NCBI GenBank assembly: GCA_022605425.2
Contig: JAKIMF020000001.1
Coordinates: forward strand, 1,054,001-1,118,000
Length of the DNA stretch: 64,000 nucleotides
Origin: Hamiltosporidium tvaerminnensis FI-OER-3-3
Lineage: Eukaryota > Fungi > Microsporidia
Direction: 5' to 3'
Numbering within the stretch: position 1 is the stretch's first letter; every line of letters begins with the position of its first letter. Shown here piece by piece: positions 37,712 to 49,776 of this stretch. Both the position numbers and the translations under genes were made by a program. The notes below the pieces were generated by a model. It was not told the origin of the DNA. It did not search any database and saw nothing but the letters and a program-made list of their open reading frames with translations.

Positions 37712-37772
37712 GGGGGTCAGAAAAAAATATTTAAAATAAAAAAAGTAATTTTCAAATAAAAATTGTGGTTTT
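37712..37772 (-). promoter_or_regulatory. Putative U6 upstream promoter: AAACCACAAT (about -56 to -60), TATA-like tract, CCCCC at -4 to -8
   Basis: Position matches a PSE/USE plus TATA layout. The same CCACAAT recurs 52-56 nt upstream of three hairpin units. Confidence 0.55.
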
Positions 37773-37785
37773 AAAGAATTTAAAT

Positions 37786-39060
37786 TTTATTTAATAAAAT
37801 TCTGGGTTAAAATATTTTTACCATTTTTTACATGTTTTCTTCTACCTCCTTAACCACTGCTGTTTCTTCTTCCAAATCCGACTTTAAATTTATGTTATTG
37901 GTCGGTTCCTCTAAAGTGGTTCCTCCTTGTATAAAGGGTGCTTTGTTTTTTGGTTTAAAATTTTTTGCACCATCTTCCTCTCTCTTCTCTTCTTTTAAAT
38001 AAGGTTTTAATTCCTCATGCATCTCTGCTCTCATAATAACACCCATTCACGCTCTCTCCCAGCTCTCTTCGGCATTTAGTCCTGACTCAAGTCCTCTTCG
38101 TCGATCAAAGGAAATTGTTTCGACTGTCTTCTTAAGTACTATAGACTGAATGTATGCCTCTATCTTCATGGAGATTTCTAGTCTTTTAAGATGAGATTCA
38201 TGGTATTTTGTCACAATACCGTCCCAGGTCATCACATAAGGGATTATCTCAACACTACACTTATAAATAAGACCCAAATATTTGGCTAGCAGGTCATACT
38301 TCCTAAGTTTTTCCGTTTATCTATTTGAAGTGAATCTTGGGAAGTGATTCCTACTTCGATGATTGTTATCTTATTCTTCTTCTTATCTAAAATAAATATG
38401 TCCGGTCTGTTATTCCGAATTTTAACATCAGTTTTAATTCTGGTGTCCACTCTTATCTCTGCATACTCATTATCAAGAATTTCTTGAACTGAGTGACTCC
38501 TAATTCGTTTTGAGGACTTAAACTTATATCTATTTAGGAGAAGTAAGTGTATGCATCTTACCACTTCATTATGCCGTCTGGTGTAGTCATGACCTAGCAT
38601 TTTTTCACATCTAGTTGCTAGATGATCTACAGTCCTACCAGACTTCCCACAATGTTGACACACACCATCTGCTCCCCAGAATATATTTCTATCCTGGATA
38701 TAGCAGAACACAGCTTCATTCTGTGACCTAATATTCGCTCTCTTTAGCCATCTTGAAGAGTCACTAACACTCACAAGCTCATTTTTTCCTTGCATTATAT
38801 AACTTTGAATGAAGTTTTCGTTTTTCTATTTCGTTATATAGTTTTGCAAGTTGAGCTTCTTCTAAACTTTTCTTAGTGACTTCTTCTACCCACCTGTACT
38901 TTACTTTTAAGAAGCCTTTTATTAGTGCAAGATGGGTTTTATTATTATTCTCCACCTTGAGGATTGCTGCTCGTCTAGTTGATATTTCTTTACTTTTTTC
39001 CAGACAATCCAAGAGTTGCAGAAGCATATGTTCGCTTCGCAACTCAACACTATGTAGGCC
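37786..39060 (-). mobile_element. 5'-truncated non-LTR retrotransposon with restriction-like endonuclease (R4/Dong/NeSL-type), frameshifted, 12-bp TSD
   Basis: CQHC-x8-H-x4-C knuckle, RRHNEVV, and RPD..IIEVG (PD-D/ExK) across ORF pieces 38779-39042, 38286-38795, 38047-38277 and 37828-38046. Direct repeat AAGAATTTAAAT at 37774-37785 and 39061-39072. Confidence 0.92.
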
Positions 39061-39539
39061 AAGAATTTAAATATTAAAATAAAATCTTAAAATTATAATT
39101 TTTTTGAGAAATCAATGGAACTTAAACTATAATACTACAATTCAAATTGAAAAGTTTTGAATCACTAATTTGGTTTTGCTTAAGAATTTACAATTAATGA
39201 ATAAAATATAAGTTTATTCAAAATATTTATGAAATAAAAACTTATGATCTTAAATTATACTTAAATCTAAAGTTTATTCAAAATATTTATGGAATTACAA
39301 CAAAGAATTTTTAAAGTTTCCTTTGGAATAAAAATCCATGAAGTCAAAAAATGAAAAAATTCATGAGTCAAAAAATTAAGAAAAAAATCTAAAAATTCAG
39401 GAGTCAAAAAATGAAAAAAAAATCTAAAAATTTATATTTTTTAAAACACCTAATTATATTTCATAAATATACAATAAAAGACATATTTAATGAATTACAA
39501 AATATTTAAATTTTAAATTCCGAATATTGAATTGTGAAT

Positions 39540-42500
39540 TTAATTTTTTAAAGTAAGAAACTTATGTTTATAATTTTCAAATATTCTTTCTAAATTTTCA
39601 AACATTCCAGCGTAAACAATAATAACTTTCATATTTCTTGAAAATGACAAATCTGGAACAATTTTAGGTGTAATAATAAAAAATTGGGGTGAATTTGGTT
39701 GTTCAGAAATTTCTAGTAAAATGTCATGAACAAGTTTTTCGTTGTATCGATCCATTCCTTGATTTATTTCATCTACGAGTCTAAATGGAGCTGGTGATGA
39801 TTCTTGTAACGAAAGAAGAAATAAAATAGTGGTTACACTTTTTTCACCACCACTTTGTCTAAAACTACTGAGAATTTCAAAATTTTCATTTTCTCTAAAT
39901 TTTACTAAAATATTTATTCCCCATTTGGAAGAAAACAAATCTTTTTCGTGAAATTCTATTTTTCCTTCACAATTAATTTTTTTAAAAAAATATTGAAATT
40001 TTTCATTGATTGGTTTTATAATTTCTTGAATTTTTATTATCAAATCGTTTTTTAAGGAATCGATTTTGATTTGAATGCTTCTTTTTTCATTTTCAAAATT
40101 TGATTTTTTTAAATTTATTTCGTTTAAAATATTTTCTTTACTCGTAAAATCTTTAATAAATTCTGTATCGATATTAAAAAATGTAAGTTTGGCTGATTCA
40201 GATGCAATTTCTTTATCTAAATTTTCTATTTTATCTGGTAATTTATTTAATACCTGTGTTTGAAGAGGTGACAATTTATTTTCAAGAATTTCTTTTTTAG
40301 ACTTTTTCAAAACACTTTTTAATTCAGATTTTGAAGAAATAAATTTTTTTAATAAATCATTATATTCTTCAATTGAAATATTTATTTCTTTTAGTTTTTG
40401 TTTTTCAGAAAGAATTTTTAATTCTTTCTGTTTGATTTCCTGATGTAGAAAATATAAATCATTAAAAAATTCATAAAAATTTTCTTCTTTAACGTTTTTT
40501 ACAACTTCACTGATAGAATTTTGAATTTCAATATTTATTAATTTTATTTTTTCTTTAATTTCTTGTTCTTCAATTTCATATTTTGAAAAATCTGAAAGTT
40601 TTTTAAATTCAATTTCTAAATCTTTTATATTATTTGATAAATATTTCTTTTGTTCTGTAATATTTTCTATTTCCATTAGTCTTGCTTTATATTCACTTCT
40701 TTTAGAATATAAATCATTTAAAAAATCATCTTTTTCATTTATTTTTTCCATTATAATTTTATATTGAATTCGATTGTCTTTTCTTTTTAAATCTTTCGAT
40801 TTTAATATTTTTTCGATTTCAGAGATTTCCTGTTGAGGAAGTTTCGTATCAAAAAAATTTTTAGATGAAATTCTATTTTGTATGATAATAAAATCCTCTG
40901 AATTATATTTACTTCTTTTAATTTCAAAATAACTTTTATTAATTACCATTCTTTTGAAATCATGTGTTTTAAAAATTGCATTTTCGTTTAATGATTTTTT
41001 TGTGATCGGTATTTCATTAAAATGTCCCATAATATTAATAAATTCTTTAATTTCATTTCTTGTTTCTATAAAATCAATCAAATATCCATCAAATCCTAGA
41101 TTTTTAATTTCTTCTAAAGTATATTTGCTTTTACTTTCAGAAGTAATTTTTTCAAAAACATTAATTTTTAATTTTTTTTCATCTTTTAAAAATGAAGTTA
41201 ATTTTTCAAAATCTTCAAAATTTTTACAAATAAATGTTGAAAGAATACTGAAATTTAAAAACATTTCAACTTCTTGGGAATATTTTAAATCCTTTAAATT
41301 TATATGTAGAAATGGCGGTTCAATAATTTCATCTTTAAAAATATTTTTATTTGCTCGTAGCCAAACGACTGCTTGATACGTATCGTAGTGATATTTTTTT
41401 AACTGCTCAAGTTTCCTGGAATCACTTTCAGTTAACAAATTTCTTTTACTTGTCAAATCTTCTATTTCTTTTGAAATTTCAACCGATTCATTTTGAATTT
41501 TCATCATTTCTCTTTTCAAATTTGATAATTCTTCTTCTAATTCATCAATTTTATTTTTATCATTTTCATTTATTTCAATCGGTTTTGGAATCGAAATTTT
41601 ATTTAATTTATTTTTTAAATCTTCAATTTTTTTAGTCAAATTTTTTAACTCAGAATTTCTCGAATTTATTTTCTTTTCCAACGAAACCTTATCAATTTCT
41701 ATTAAATCTTTAGTCTGTTTTTTACTGCTAATATTTTTTATTTTACAATCTAATTTATTATTTCTATTTTTAAAATCAACTAATTTACCATCAAAATTAA
41801 TAAATTGACTGTCGTTTTGTTCTTCTTCTATCGCTTTATTAATTTCAATTAAATTTTCATTTTCTTCTTCAATTTTTTCTTTCAAAACTTTAATTTTATT
41901 TCCAATTTCTGTATAATTTTTTTGATTTATTTCAAAAATAATCCACTCTTTTTTTATTTTCATTAATTTTATTTTTTCTTCCATTTTCTCTTTTTCAACA
42001 AACTTCTCCACATCTCTTTTCATATCATTCATTACCTTTTCAATTCCTTCTTTTCTTTTATCTACAACATCGATATTATTTTCAATTTTTATCAAATTAT
42101 TTTCTAATAATTTCAAATTTTCTTTTTCTGAAATTATTATTTTGTCAGTTGAAGTCTCAAGGGTTTCCTGTAAAAGTTCCTCTGGAGATAATCTAGAAAA
42201 TTCTGAAACTTTTTCTTGAGGAAGAAATTGACATAAATTGTCCACATTAATATTTAGAGATTGAACTAACGATTGTATTTCTATCTTCGTTACCGGTATA
42301 TTGTTTTTAAACCAGTTAGATGTATTTGAGTGTGCTCGTATTGTTCTTTTAACTGTACATACTTCTTCATCAGATATTTTTATTACAGCTTCTACATAGC
42401 CATCTACGGTGTCAAACTTAATATAATCAGAAATATTTTTCGATTTTCCTATCGTTTTTGGCGTCCCCCCAAATACAAAAACCAAAGCATTCGCAATAGA

Positions 42501-42632
42501 ACTTTTTCCGGATCCGTTTGGTCCAGCTATAAAGTTAAGATTTGGTCCAAAATTAAATTTAATTTCTGAATATGTTTGGAAATTACGAAGTTTTAATGAA
42601 AGTATATTTCCTTTTCTATAACTGCAATGCAT
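39540..42632 (-). CDS. SMC5: Structural maintenance of chromosomes protein 5, 1030 aa
   Basis: Walker A GPNGSGKS, NLCQFLPQEKVSEF, long coiled coils, QSGGEKS signature, PFRLVDEINQGMD. CCC-ATG. Confidence 0.95.
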   Translation of the reverse strand: MHCSYRKGNILSLKLRNFQTYSEIKFNFGPNLNFIAGPNGSGKSSIANALVFVFGGTPKTIGKSKNISDYIKFDTVDGYVEAVIKISDEEVCTVKRTIRAHSNTSNWFKNNIPVTKIEIQSLVQSLNINVDNLCQFLPQEKVSEFSRLSPEELLQETLETSTDKIIISEKENLKLLENNLIKIENNIDVVDKRKEGIEKVMNDMKRDVEKFVEKEKMEEKIKLMKIKKEWIIFEINQKNYTEIGNKIKVLKEKIEEENENLIEINKAIEEEQNDSQFINFDGKLVDFKNRNNKLDCKIKNISSKKQTKDLIEIDKVSLEKKINSRNSELKNLTKKIEDLKNKLNKISIPKPIEINENDKNKIDELEEELSNLKREMMKIQNESVEISKEIEDLTSKRNLLTESDSRKLEQLKKYHYDTYQAVVWLRANKNIFKDEIIEPPFLHINLKDLKYSQEVEMFLNFSILSTFICKNFEDFEKLTSFLKDEKKLKINVFEKITSESKSKYTLEEIKNLGFDGYLIDFIETRNEIKEFINIMGHFNEIPITKKSLNENAIFKTHDFKRMVINKSYFEIKRSKYNSEDFIIIQNRISSKNFFDTKLPQQEISEIEKILKSKDLKRKDNRIQYKIIMEKINEKDDFLNDLYSKRSEYKARLMEIENITEQKKYLSNNIKDLEIEFKKLSDFSKYEIEEQEIKEKIKLINIEIQNSISEVVKNVKEENFYEFFNDLYFLHQEIKQKELKILSEKQKLKEINISIEEYNDLLKKFISSKSELKSVLKKSKKEILENKLSPLQTQVLNKLPDKIENLDKEIASESAKLTFFNIDTEFIKDFTSKENILNEINLKKSNFENEKRSIQIKIDSLKNDLIIKIQEIIKPINEKFQYFFKKINCEGKIEFHEKDLFSSKWGINILVKFRENENFEILSSFRQSGGEKSVTTILFLLSLQESSPAPFRLVDEINQGMDRYNEKLVHDILLEISEQPNSPQFFIITPKIVPDLSFSRNMKVIIVYAGMFENLERIFENYKHKFLTLKN

Positions 42633-42695
42633 GGGATATCATGTAAGTCATTTAATTTGGAATTTTTATTTATTTGAATTAAAAAATGGGTTTAG

Positions 42696-42892
42696 AAAAA
42701 AATTCGGTTATAAAAAAAATCGATTATAAAAAAAATTCGGTTTAAAAAAAAATCGGTTTTAAAAAAAAAATCTGTTATAAAAAAAAAATCTGTTATAAAA
42801 AAAAAATCTGTTATAAAAAAAAATAATTCACTAAAAAAAAAATAATTCACTAAAAAAAAAAAAATTCACTAAAAAAAAAATAATTCACTAAT
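42696..42892. repeat. A-tract tandem repeats (An-TTCGGTT/TCTGTTAT and An-TAATTCACT) upstream of SMC5
   Basis: Directly visible ~17-20 bp units. Confidence 0.85.
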
Positions 42893-43575
42893 AAAAAATG
42901 GTAAAAGAAGAATTTAAAATACATATTTATTTAAATGTATATTTAAGGCTAATTTGTCTTTTCCAGTAATTATTATACTTTGTACCGCCTTACTACCTTC
43001 TTACTTATCCGGCTATATAAGAGAATTTGAAAATGTATCAAAAGTTTTGATATGAGAATTCACAATCATTTATACTTACTTACTTATTCCGTTCCTCTTT
43101 TACCTCTCAGTGCCGAGCATTAAATCAATGTTTTCCATTTGTTTCTTTAAATCATTTGTAACTCGGGTAGAGGATTGGCCTATAAATCCGGTGTAGTTTA
43201 TATTCCACCATAATGGGAGTAATGACTTTACCCCGAATTGTACACATTCATTACCAAGCTGTAAGTTTCTAATGTGGTTTTTCTCCTTCCACTTCACAAT
43301 CATTTATGAAATGTATAAATAACCGTTACAACTAAATATCTAACAAACATAAGAATTATGAAACTTATTTACATTAAATATTATATTTCTATTTAATCTT
43401 AAAGTCTTTTATTTTATAAATTTTGGATGAAATTTTGATGAAAGCGAAGAAAATTGAAACAAAAATCATCCCACATTTAAATAACCAAATTATTTATAAC
43501 ATGTAAATGATAACACATCGGAATAATATCAATTTATTTGGTTCGGATTTCATAATAACTGTTAAAATTTTGAAA

Positions 43576-43800
43576 TTATTATTATTTGGCACTACGGTCC
43601 TGCACGAGCCTTGGCTGTTCTCAGTAATACCGCTCACTGGTCCTTTTTCGGTGGGTTTATTTAGTTTTTCGGTTTTCGTAACAAGGTGTTGTCAAAGGTG
43701 GATTGTTAGCCTTACGCCCTACCCCAGCATAGAGAACCAGTTCCTTTTAGTAGCCTTAAACGACAAGCAAAATTCTCCAAGCCAATTCTACTTCCAGTAT
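43576..43800 (-). mobile_element. Short non-autonomous RTE-type retroelement
   Basis: GC-richer island. The minus-strand 3' end GCCAAGGCTCGTGCAGGACCGTAGTGCC is followed by an (AAT)n tail and joined to a GTTAGCC..CGCCC.ACCCC block reminiscent of RTE ends. Confidence 0.45.
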
Positions 43801-46800
43801 GGCAGGGAAAATATTTTGAAATAGCTAAAAAATACCTATTATTATAATATAAGCATCTCTTTGTACACATTTATTCTTGATATGTCTATTTAAAACTAAT
43901 CAGAAAAAATATATAATATTTTGAATCTAAATTAATCTGATTGAGCCGAATTCCTTTACCGACATATTGTTTAATTAAATAACGGTAAATTATTTCAAAA
44001 AAATGAACCTTAGCGAAGTAATTGAAAAATCGGGGCTTGGATTAAAGACTGTATAAGAATTTGTTTTAAAATTTTTTAGCCCTTGAATTTCTATAACCAA
44101 TTTGTATTAAAATTTAAACACTGGGTCAATTAAGAATAATGTCTTAGCTGATCACAAATCAACAAAAAAAAACTTCAATCCGTTCAGAGTAAAACATAGA
44201 AGATTAATTATCGTTTTATAAGCTCCAATCCTTGTCTCATATAAACTGGGAAACAAGATAAACGTGCCTTTTCATGATAAAAGGCGATAAAAATTACATG
44301 GGAAGTAAATCAGACAAAATAATGAATTGACTTTTGCAAAGTTTTTCTTGAAAAATAGTTTCTGGTATTTGTGTAAAAAAACTATGTTATAAGAGAAAAG
44401 AATGTTTTTAAAGGAAGTGAATCGTGTGTTTGAGCTATTTAGAAATTATAATACTATGCATCACTATAAGTCATAAAATAAAATATTCCTAAGTATGAAA
44501 TTGCTTACTTCTAGTCAAAACCTAGAACATTTATAACGATAAGGTTATCCTATAACTTTTATAATTTGAAATTGAAATCATATTTTGTTAGCTGTGTTTA
44601 TTTATAAATATAATAAATCGGCTTTATATTTAGAAAAGCCATGATCTATCGTATTTATAATTTTTTCTTGAGGTTACAATTTAAGTGATTACTTAATAAA
44701 CATCGCATGTTTTGTAAAAGACGAATATATCGTGTTTTTTCATAGTATTAACGCATTTTTGAGTGTTTAATGGGTAATTGCATCATCGCAGCTACTGTTA
44801 TAGCTTAGATACCTGCATTTTAAAGTTTTGATCTAAATGATCTTAGAGCCAAGTTAATAGCCCGGACTGCCCTAGTCTTTTTCAACGTACGATTGCATAA
44901 GTAATATCGCAGGTCTACACACCCCTAACCTTATCTAAAGCAAGCAGCGTTCTCATTTAATCTACATTTTCCGAACCCAATAAACTTCTAGCTAAGATAT
45001 ATCTCGGTGGCTATCATCAAGTCCACCCATTCATTACAATTACACCCTCAAAGGTAAAACCTACTACTTTTATTCCTTTTTTATAAAACGTGTTTTTTTT
45101 ATTATATCAGGTGCAAATTTTCTAATCTGGTGGACAAAAGCTAGGTTTCTTTACTTTTCCATGGCAATTACCTATAATTTAATTCAAGGTTTTCTATCTA
45201 TTTATATAAAAAAGTACAAACTGAGTTTTTAGAATAATTTTTGCTATTTGGTAGACATTCTTCTTCTCAAAAAAAACCACAATAAATCACTGAAAATGTT
45301 ATTTATTTTTAATAAGAAAATTAATTGCGCATTGATTTTATTTAATTATTCTTAAGCCGATCATTTTTAATGTGATTATCTTGCCTCTATAAGATTTTTA
45401 TTCGAAAAATATTATCACATTTTTTTATAAATTTATATTCTAAAGGAAACATTGAGTTATCCGTTTTGATTTAATAGTAACAAAAAAAACACTATTTTAG
45501 TATGTTTGCATTCTTATGTGAGCTATACTTATTGTAATTTAATTTATATTGGTTTTATTCGCGTAAAACTTTATTTAGATATTGTATGAAAATCAGACTT
45601 GGTTTGCACATTAAAAAAAATAAATAAATCAAATATATTAGGTTATAAACCATGCAAATATATTCAATATAGTAAATTTAGGCATTTCCAATGTGTGTAC
45701 AATACTTTACTATATTTTACTGTCTTCTCTTTAATTTAAATATGTGGATTTGTATTATCGTATATATATGTGCTAAAATACATTTTTATTTTTTTTCATT
45801 CTAAGTAAATAAATTATTTATTTACAGGTCGGTTTTGATTGAATCTGCAGAACTTTATCTGTCTTACGTTGTCTGACAACCAATTTTAGAAATTTTTGCT
45901 GTCCATTATCAAATTTCTTTTGAAAAAAACATTTCTCAATCTTGAAAAGAAGTATTGGATTTATAAAACATTGTATTTGTATTTATTTTCTAATTTTTGA
46001 ATATTTTTACAGCGAGATGATCTATAGTCAGATCCTAAATTGTATAAATTTAATCATCTATTTCGAAATAGAAACTTCTAATGCTAATCTTAAATCTATA
46101 TTTAAACCTTCAAATCTAAAAATTAAAGAAAAAAATTGATGTATAAAATGCTAATTCTTATTTTTATATCGAGAAACTTCAATTGTGAAATTCATAAACA
46201 AATTTATCGAAAAATTAATAAACAAAATTTTAATTTAGGAGCAGTCACTCTTCGGTATTTTATATGCAATTATAGTATTTTAGCTGAAGCGGCATTTTTT
46301 TCTATAATATAATTTCCTATGATAAAGCTTTTTAAATAATTTAGACTTAGGAATACACATTTTTTATGTCATATTTTTTCGTTTTTTGAATTAAATTTTA
46401 TTAACAATCTTATTTTTATTATTTCACACTCAATATGGACTTTACAATTTCTTTAAAAATCTAAACCTATGCGATGACTAAACACTATTATTTTCGCAGA
46501 ATAATTTTATGTCTAGAAATGTTATAATATAATCAAAATGAATAAAAATGCTATACGAGGAAACACTATAAACTAGAATCACTGCTCCCTATCTTCGGCT
46601 ATTAGATTTAACTAAAAAGCCAAGAATATAAAATCTTAATACTTTTTAAGATAAATAAAACATTTTGTCTTAAAGTTTGAAACTAATTAGAGTGAAGTCG
46701 GCGCAGATGATAAGTTTTTTTAGAGAAAGTGCAGCTATATGAGTAAAAACGGTATTTACAGACAATTTGAAATAATATATGAATCATAACTGATTTTCAT

Positions 46801-48442
46801 AAAAACAAGTATACACGAAACTAATATAAAAAGTTGAAAATATATGTTATATAACATAATTACAAGAATATATTCCAAATGCTTATCTGTATCAAATATT
46901 GTGAAAAAGATCTTATGTGAACTATTCAATCCAAACAAAATGTATCGCAAGATTTTATGATCTAAAGTATGTAATTTTAGATAAAAAAAGATGCATCTAT
47001 CAACAACAAGATGTAAAATAAATTTATATATCAGAGCCTAGAAGAGGTATGTATACTTCAAGTTACTGGCAGGATATATTTTTTAGCAATTCATAATTTA
47101 TGCCAAAGATGTAAAGAAACTTCAAATCGAAGAACAAGAATCCCAAAAGTAAGAAAAAATGGCAAAACCTTTGTTAACCTGATTATACGCATCTTTCTAA
47201 TAAAATAAAAGTAAGCGATAAGGTGCTAACAGAAATGGCTTGTAGATTTCCAAAGGTATTTAAATTGTTCGGAATTCAAATTATAAGTACATTCAAGTTT
47301 TTAATGCTGTAAATAGTGAAATGATGTGCAATCAAGATTAATGAGCGTTTAAACAAGCAAGAAAACATTTGACCGTATAAAGAAGAGGCGTTCTGTTATA
47401 CCTAGGATATAAATATATTAAGAGGAGTAAAGTGAATGTGTCAGAATTCTTAAATATTAGCAAACACTGTAAATAATCTAGCTTGTAACTGTAGAAAATG
47501 CTTAACATGACTATAACAAAATATAAAAAGCGATAAACTGGTATTCTTCTATACACGTTTAGAAAAATGTAAATTAACATCAACAAAACGAATTAGTGGT
47601 TGCGATATTTTATAAATTCTATAAATATGCAAATGGAAAAAAGTAGACGCCGTAATAAACACATGTTTAAGTTCTGATTCAAAGACTCAGATATTTTTTT
47701 AAATATTAAGTCGAGTTAGAAAATGGTTATTTAGAATAGAATTACTTAAAGGACACGCCTTAAATTGTTAAATTGGCAAAACTTAGAAATTCGACTTTTT
47801 GTTTTGAGTTAGATCTTATTTAATAACATGGCGTATTAGATAATCTCAAAGGAGATGAAGCGACTCGGTATTGATACAGAATACTATAAAATATTCACCG
47901 ATAAATACCAAATACTAGCAATAGTCTATTATTTACAATATAGGGTGCTTGAAAATAAGCCGAATTATTTTTGATCGACATAGAAAATCATATTTAAGCC
48001 TAGGTACCAACTAGAGGTGACAAAAAGGTATTAATGAATGTTATATAGATTGTGAAACTGGTATAACACCTTAAAACTCTAGAAATATTTTCCATCTAAG
48101 AAGAAATTTCATAATAAAATAAACAAAGAAATTTTCGTACCTCATATTAAGAAAAGACCAAAATTCAAGAATTGAATGAATATATAAGAAGAACAATACA
48201 TATTATGTACAATAAAATAATTCGAGAGATATAATATAAACCAAGCATATAATAAGAAATAACTCATTCTTAAATTCATTAGATTTTTAGATACTTCATA
48301 TAATATTTGAAGCTTAAATTTTTTTAAAGATTTTATTCTTTCAATCAATTTTTCTTTGAAATTTTTGATTATTTATTTCATCACTAAGATTAAATATATA
48401 GATTACAAGATTATAATCAAACTTAAGATTTTTATAAATCAA

Positions 48443-48580
48443 AAAAATATGTTAAATAATATTCTCTAGAGATTCTAATAAATAAAATTTAACTGTTATT
48501 CACTTAAAAAAATATGTTAAATAATATTCTCTAGAGATTCTAATGAATAAAATTTAACTGTTATTCACTTAAAAAAATAT
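48443..48580. repeat. ~64-bp tandem duplication
   Basis: AAAAAATATGTTAAATAATATTCTCTAGAGATTCTAAT..AACTGTTATTCACTT occurs twice. Confidence 0.9.
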
Positions 48581-48850
48581 ATTTAATGTAGATTTTAATT
48601 CAGATAATTTCCTATAAAAGCTTCAAAAAATACATTTTTATTGTTTCATCATCACTTCTATAAATTACTTTATACTTAAAAAGTAATAGAATTGTAAATA
48701 TATTATCTTATATTCTAATTAAATATTTATTAATTAATTTAATCAATAAAATTAAATACCATATTTCTTATATTTAAGTCTTTTTTTTCAAAATAAAATT
48801 AAATGGAACTTTAAATTTAACAAAATATTTAAAGAATATTCAACTGAAAA

Positions 48851-49516
48851 ATAATATTCAATAATAATCAATAATATTCAATAATAATCAATAAGATTCA
48901 ATAATATTCAATAATAATCAATAATAATCAATAATCATCAATAATAATCAAAAATAATCAAAAATAATCTATAATAATCAATAATAATCAATAATAATCA
49001 ATAATAATCAATAATCATCAATAATAATCAAAAATAATCAAAAATAATCAATAAGATTCAATAATAATCTATAATAATCAATAATAATCAATAATAATCA
49101 ATAATAATCAATAATAATCTATAATAATCTATAATATTCAATAATAATCAAAAATAATCAATAAGATTTAATAATATTCAAAAATATTCAAAAATAATCA
49201 AAAATAATCAATAATGATCAATAATAATCAAAAATATTCAAAAATAATCAATAATATTCAAAAATATTCAAAAATAATCAAAAATAATCAATAATGATCA
49301 ATAATAATCAAAAATATTCAAAAATAATCAATAAGATTCAATAATAATCTATAATAATCAATAATAATCAATAATAATCAAAAATAATCAATAATATTCA
49401 AAAATAATCAATAAGATTCAATAATAATTTATAATAATCAATAATAATCAATAATAATCAATAATAATCAATAAGATTCAATAATAATCAATAAGATTCA
49501 ATAATATTCAATAATG
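48851..49516. repeat. 10-bp minisatellite ATAATAATCA with variant units, about 66 copies
   Basis: Strict 10-bp period over about 665 bp. Confidence 0.97.
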
Positions 49517-49776
49517 TTATAAAATTATTTTGATAAGCACTAGGATTAGATTTATTATCGAAATAGTAGAAATAAAAGCAAAACTATTGCAAACATGTTT
49601 AATATAAATTAATACATATATGTTGTATAGCAAATTAGATTAATCCCATAAATTTTAATTAAATATCTTTACTATTTGTTATAGTATATCTTTGTTCTCC
49701 TTTGTTTAACTAAATGAAAATATAACTTGGTATTGAAAATTTGTATTTAATTGAAAATTATGTGAAACCCATAAAA

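Noticed and set aside
40075-42569. Antisense ORFs within SMC5 (and likewise within the aminopeptidase, TPR, ORC1 and KH genes)
   Set aside because: Shadow ORFs of real genes on the opposite strand.
45275-45400. AAACCACAAT on the plus strand
   Set aside because: No convincing hairpin or terminator at the expected distance downstream.
48851-49516. CRISPR-like or telomeric array
   Set aside because: No unique spacers, no G-rich telomeric unit, and the context is eukaryotic and internal.
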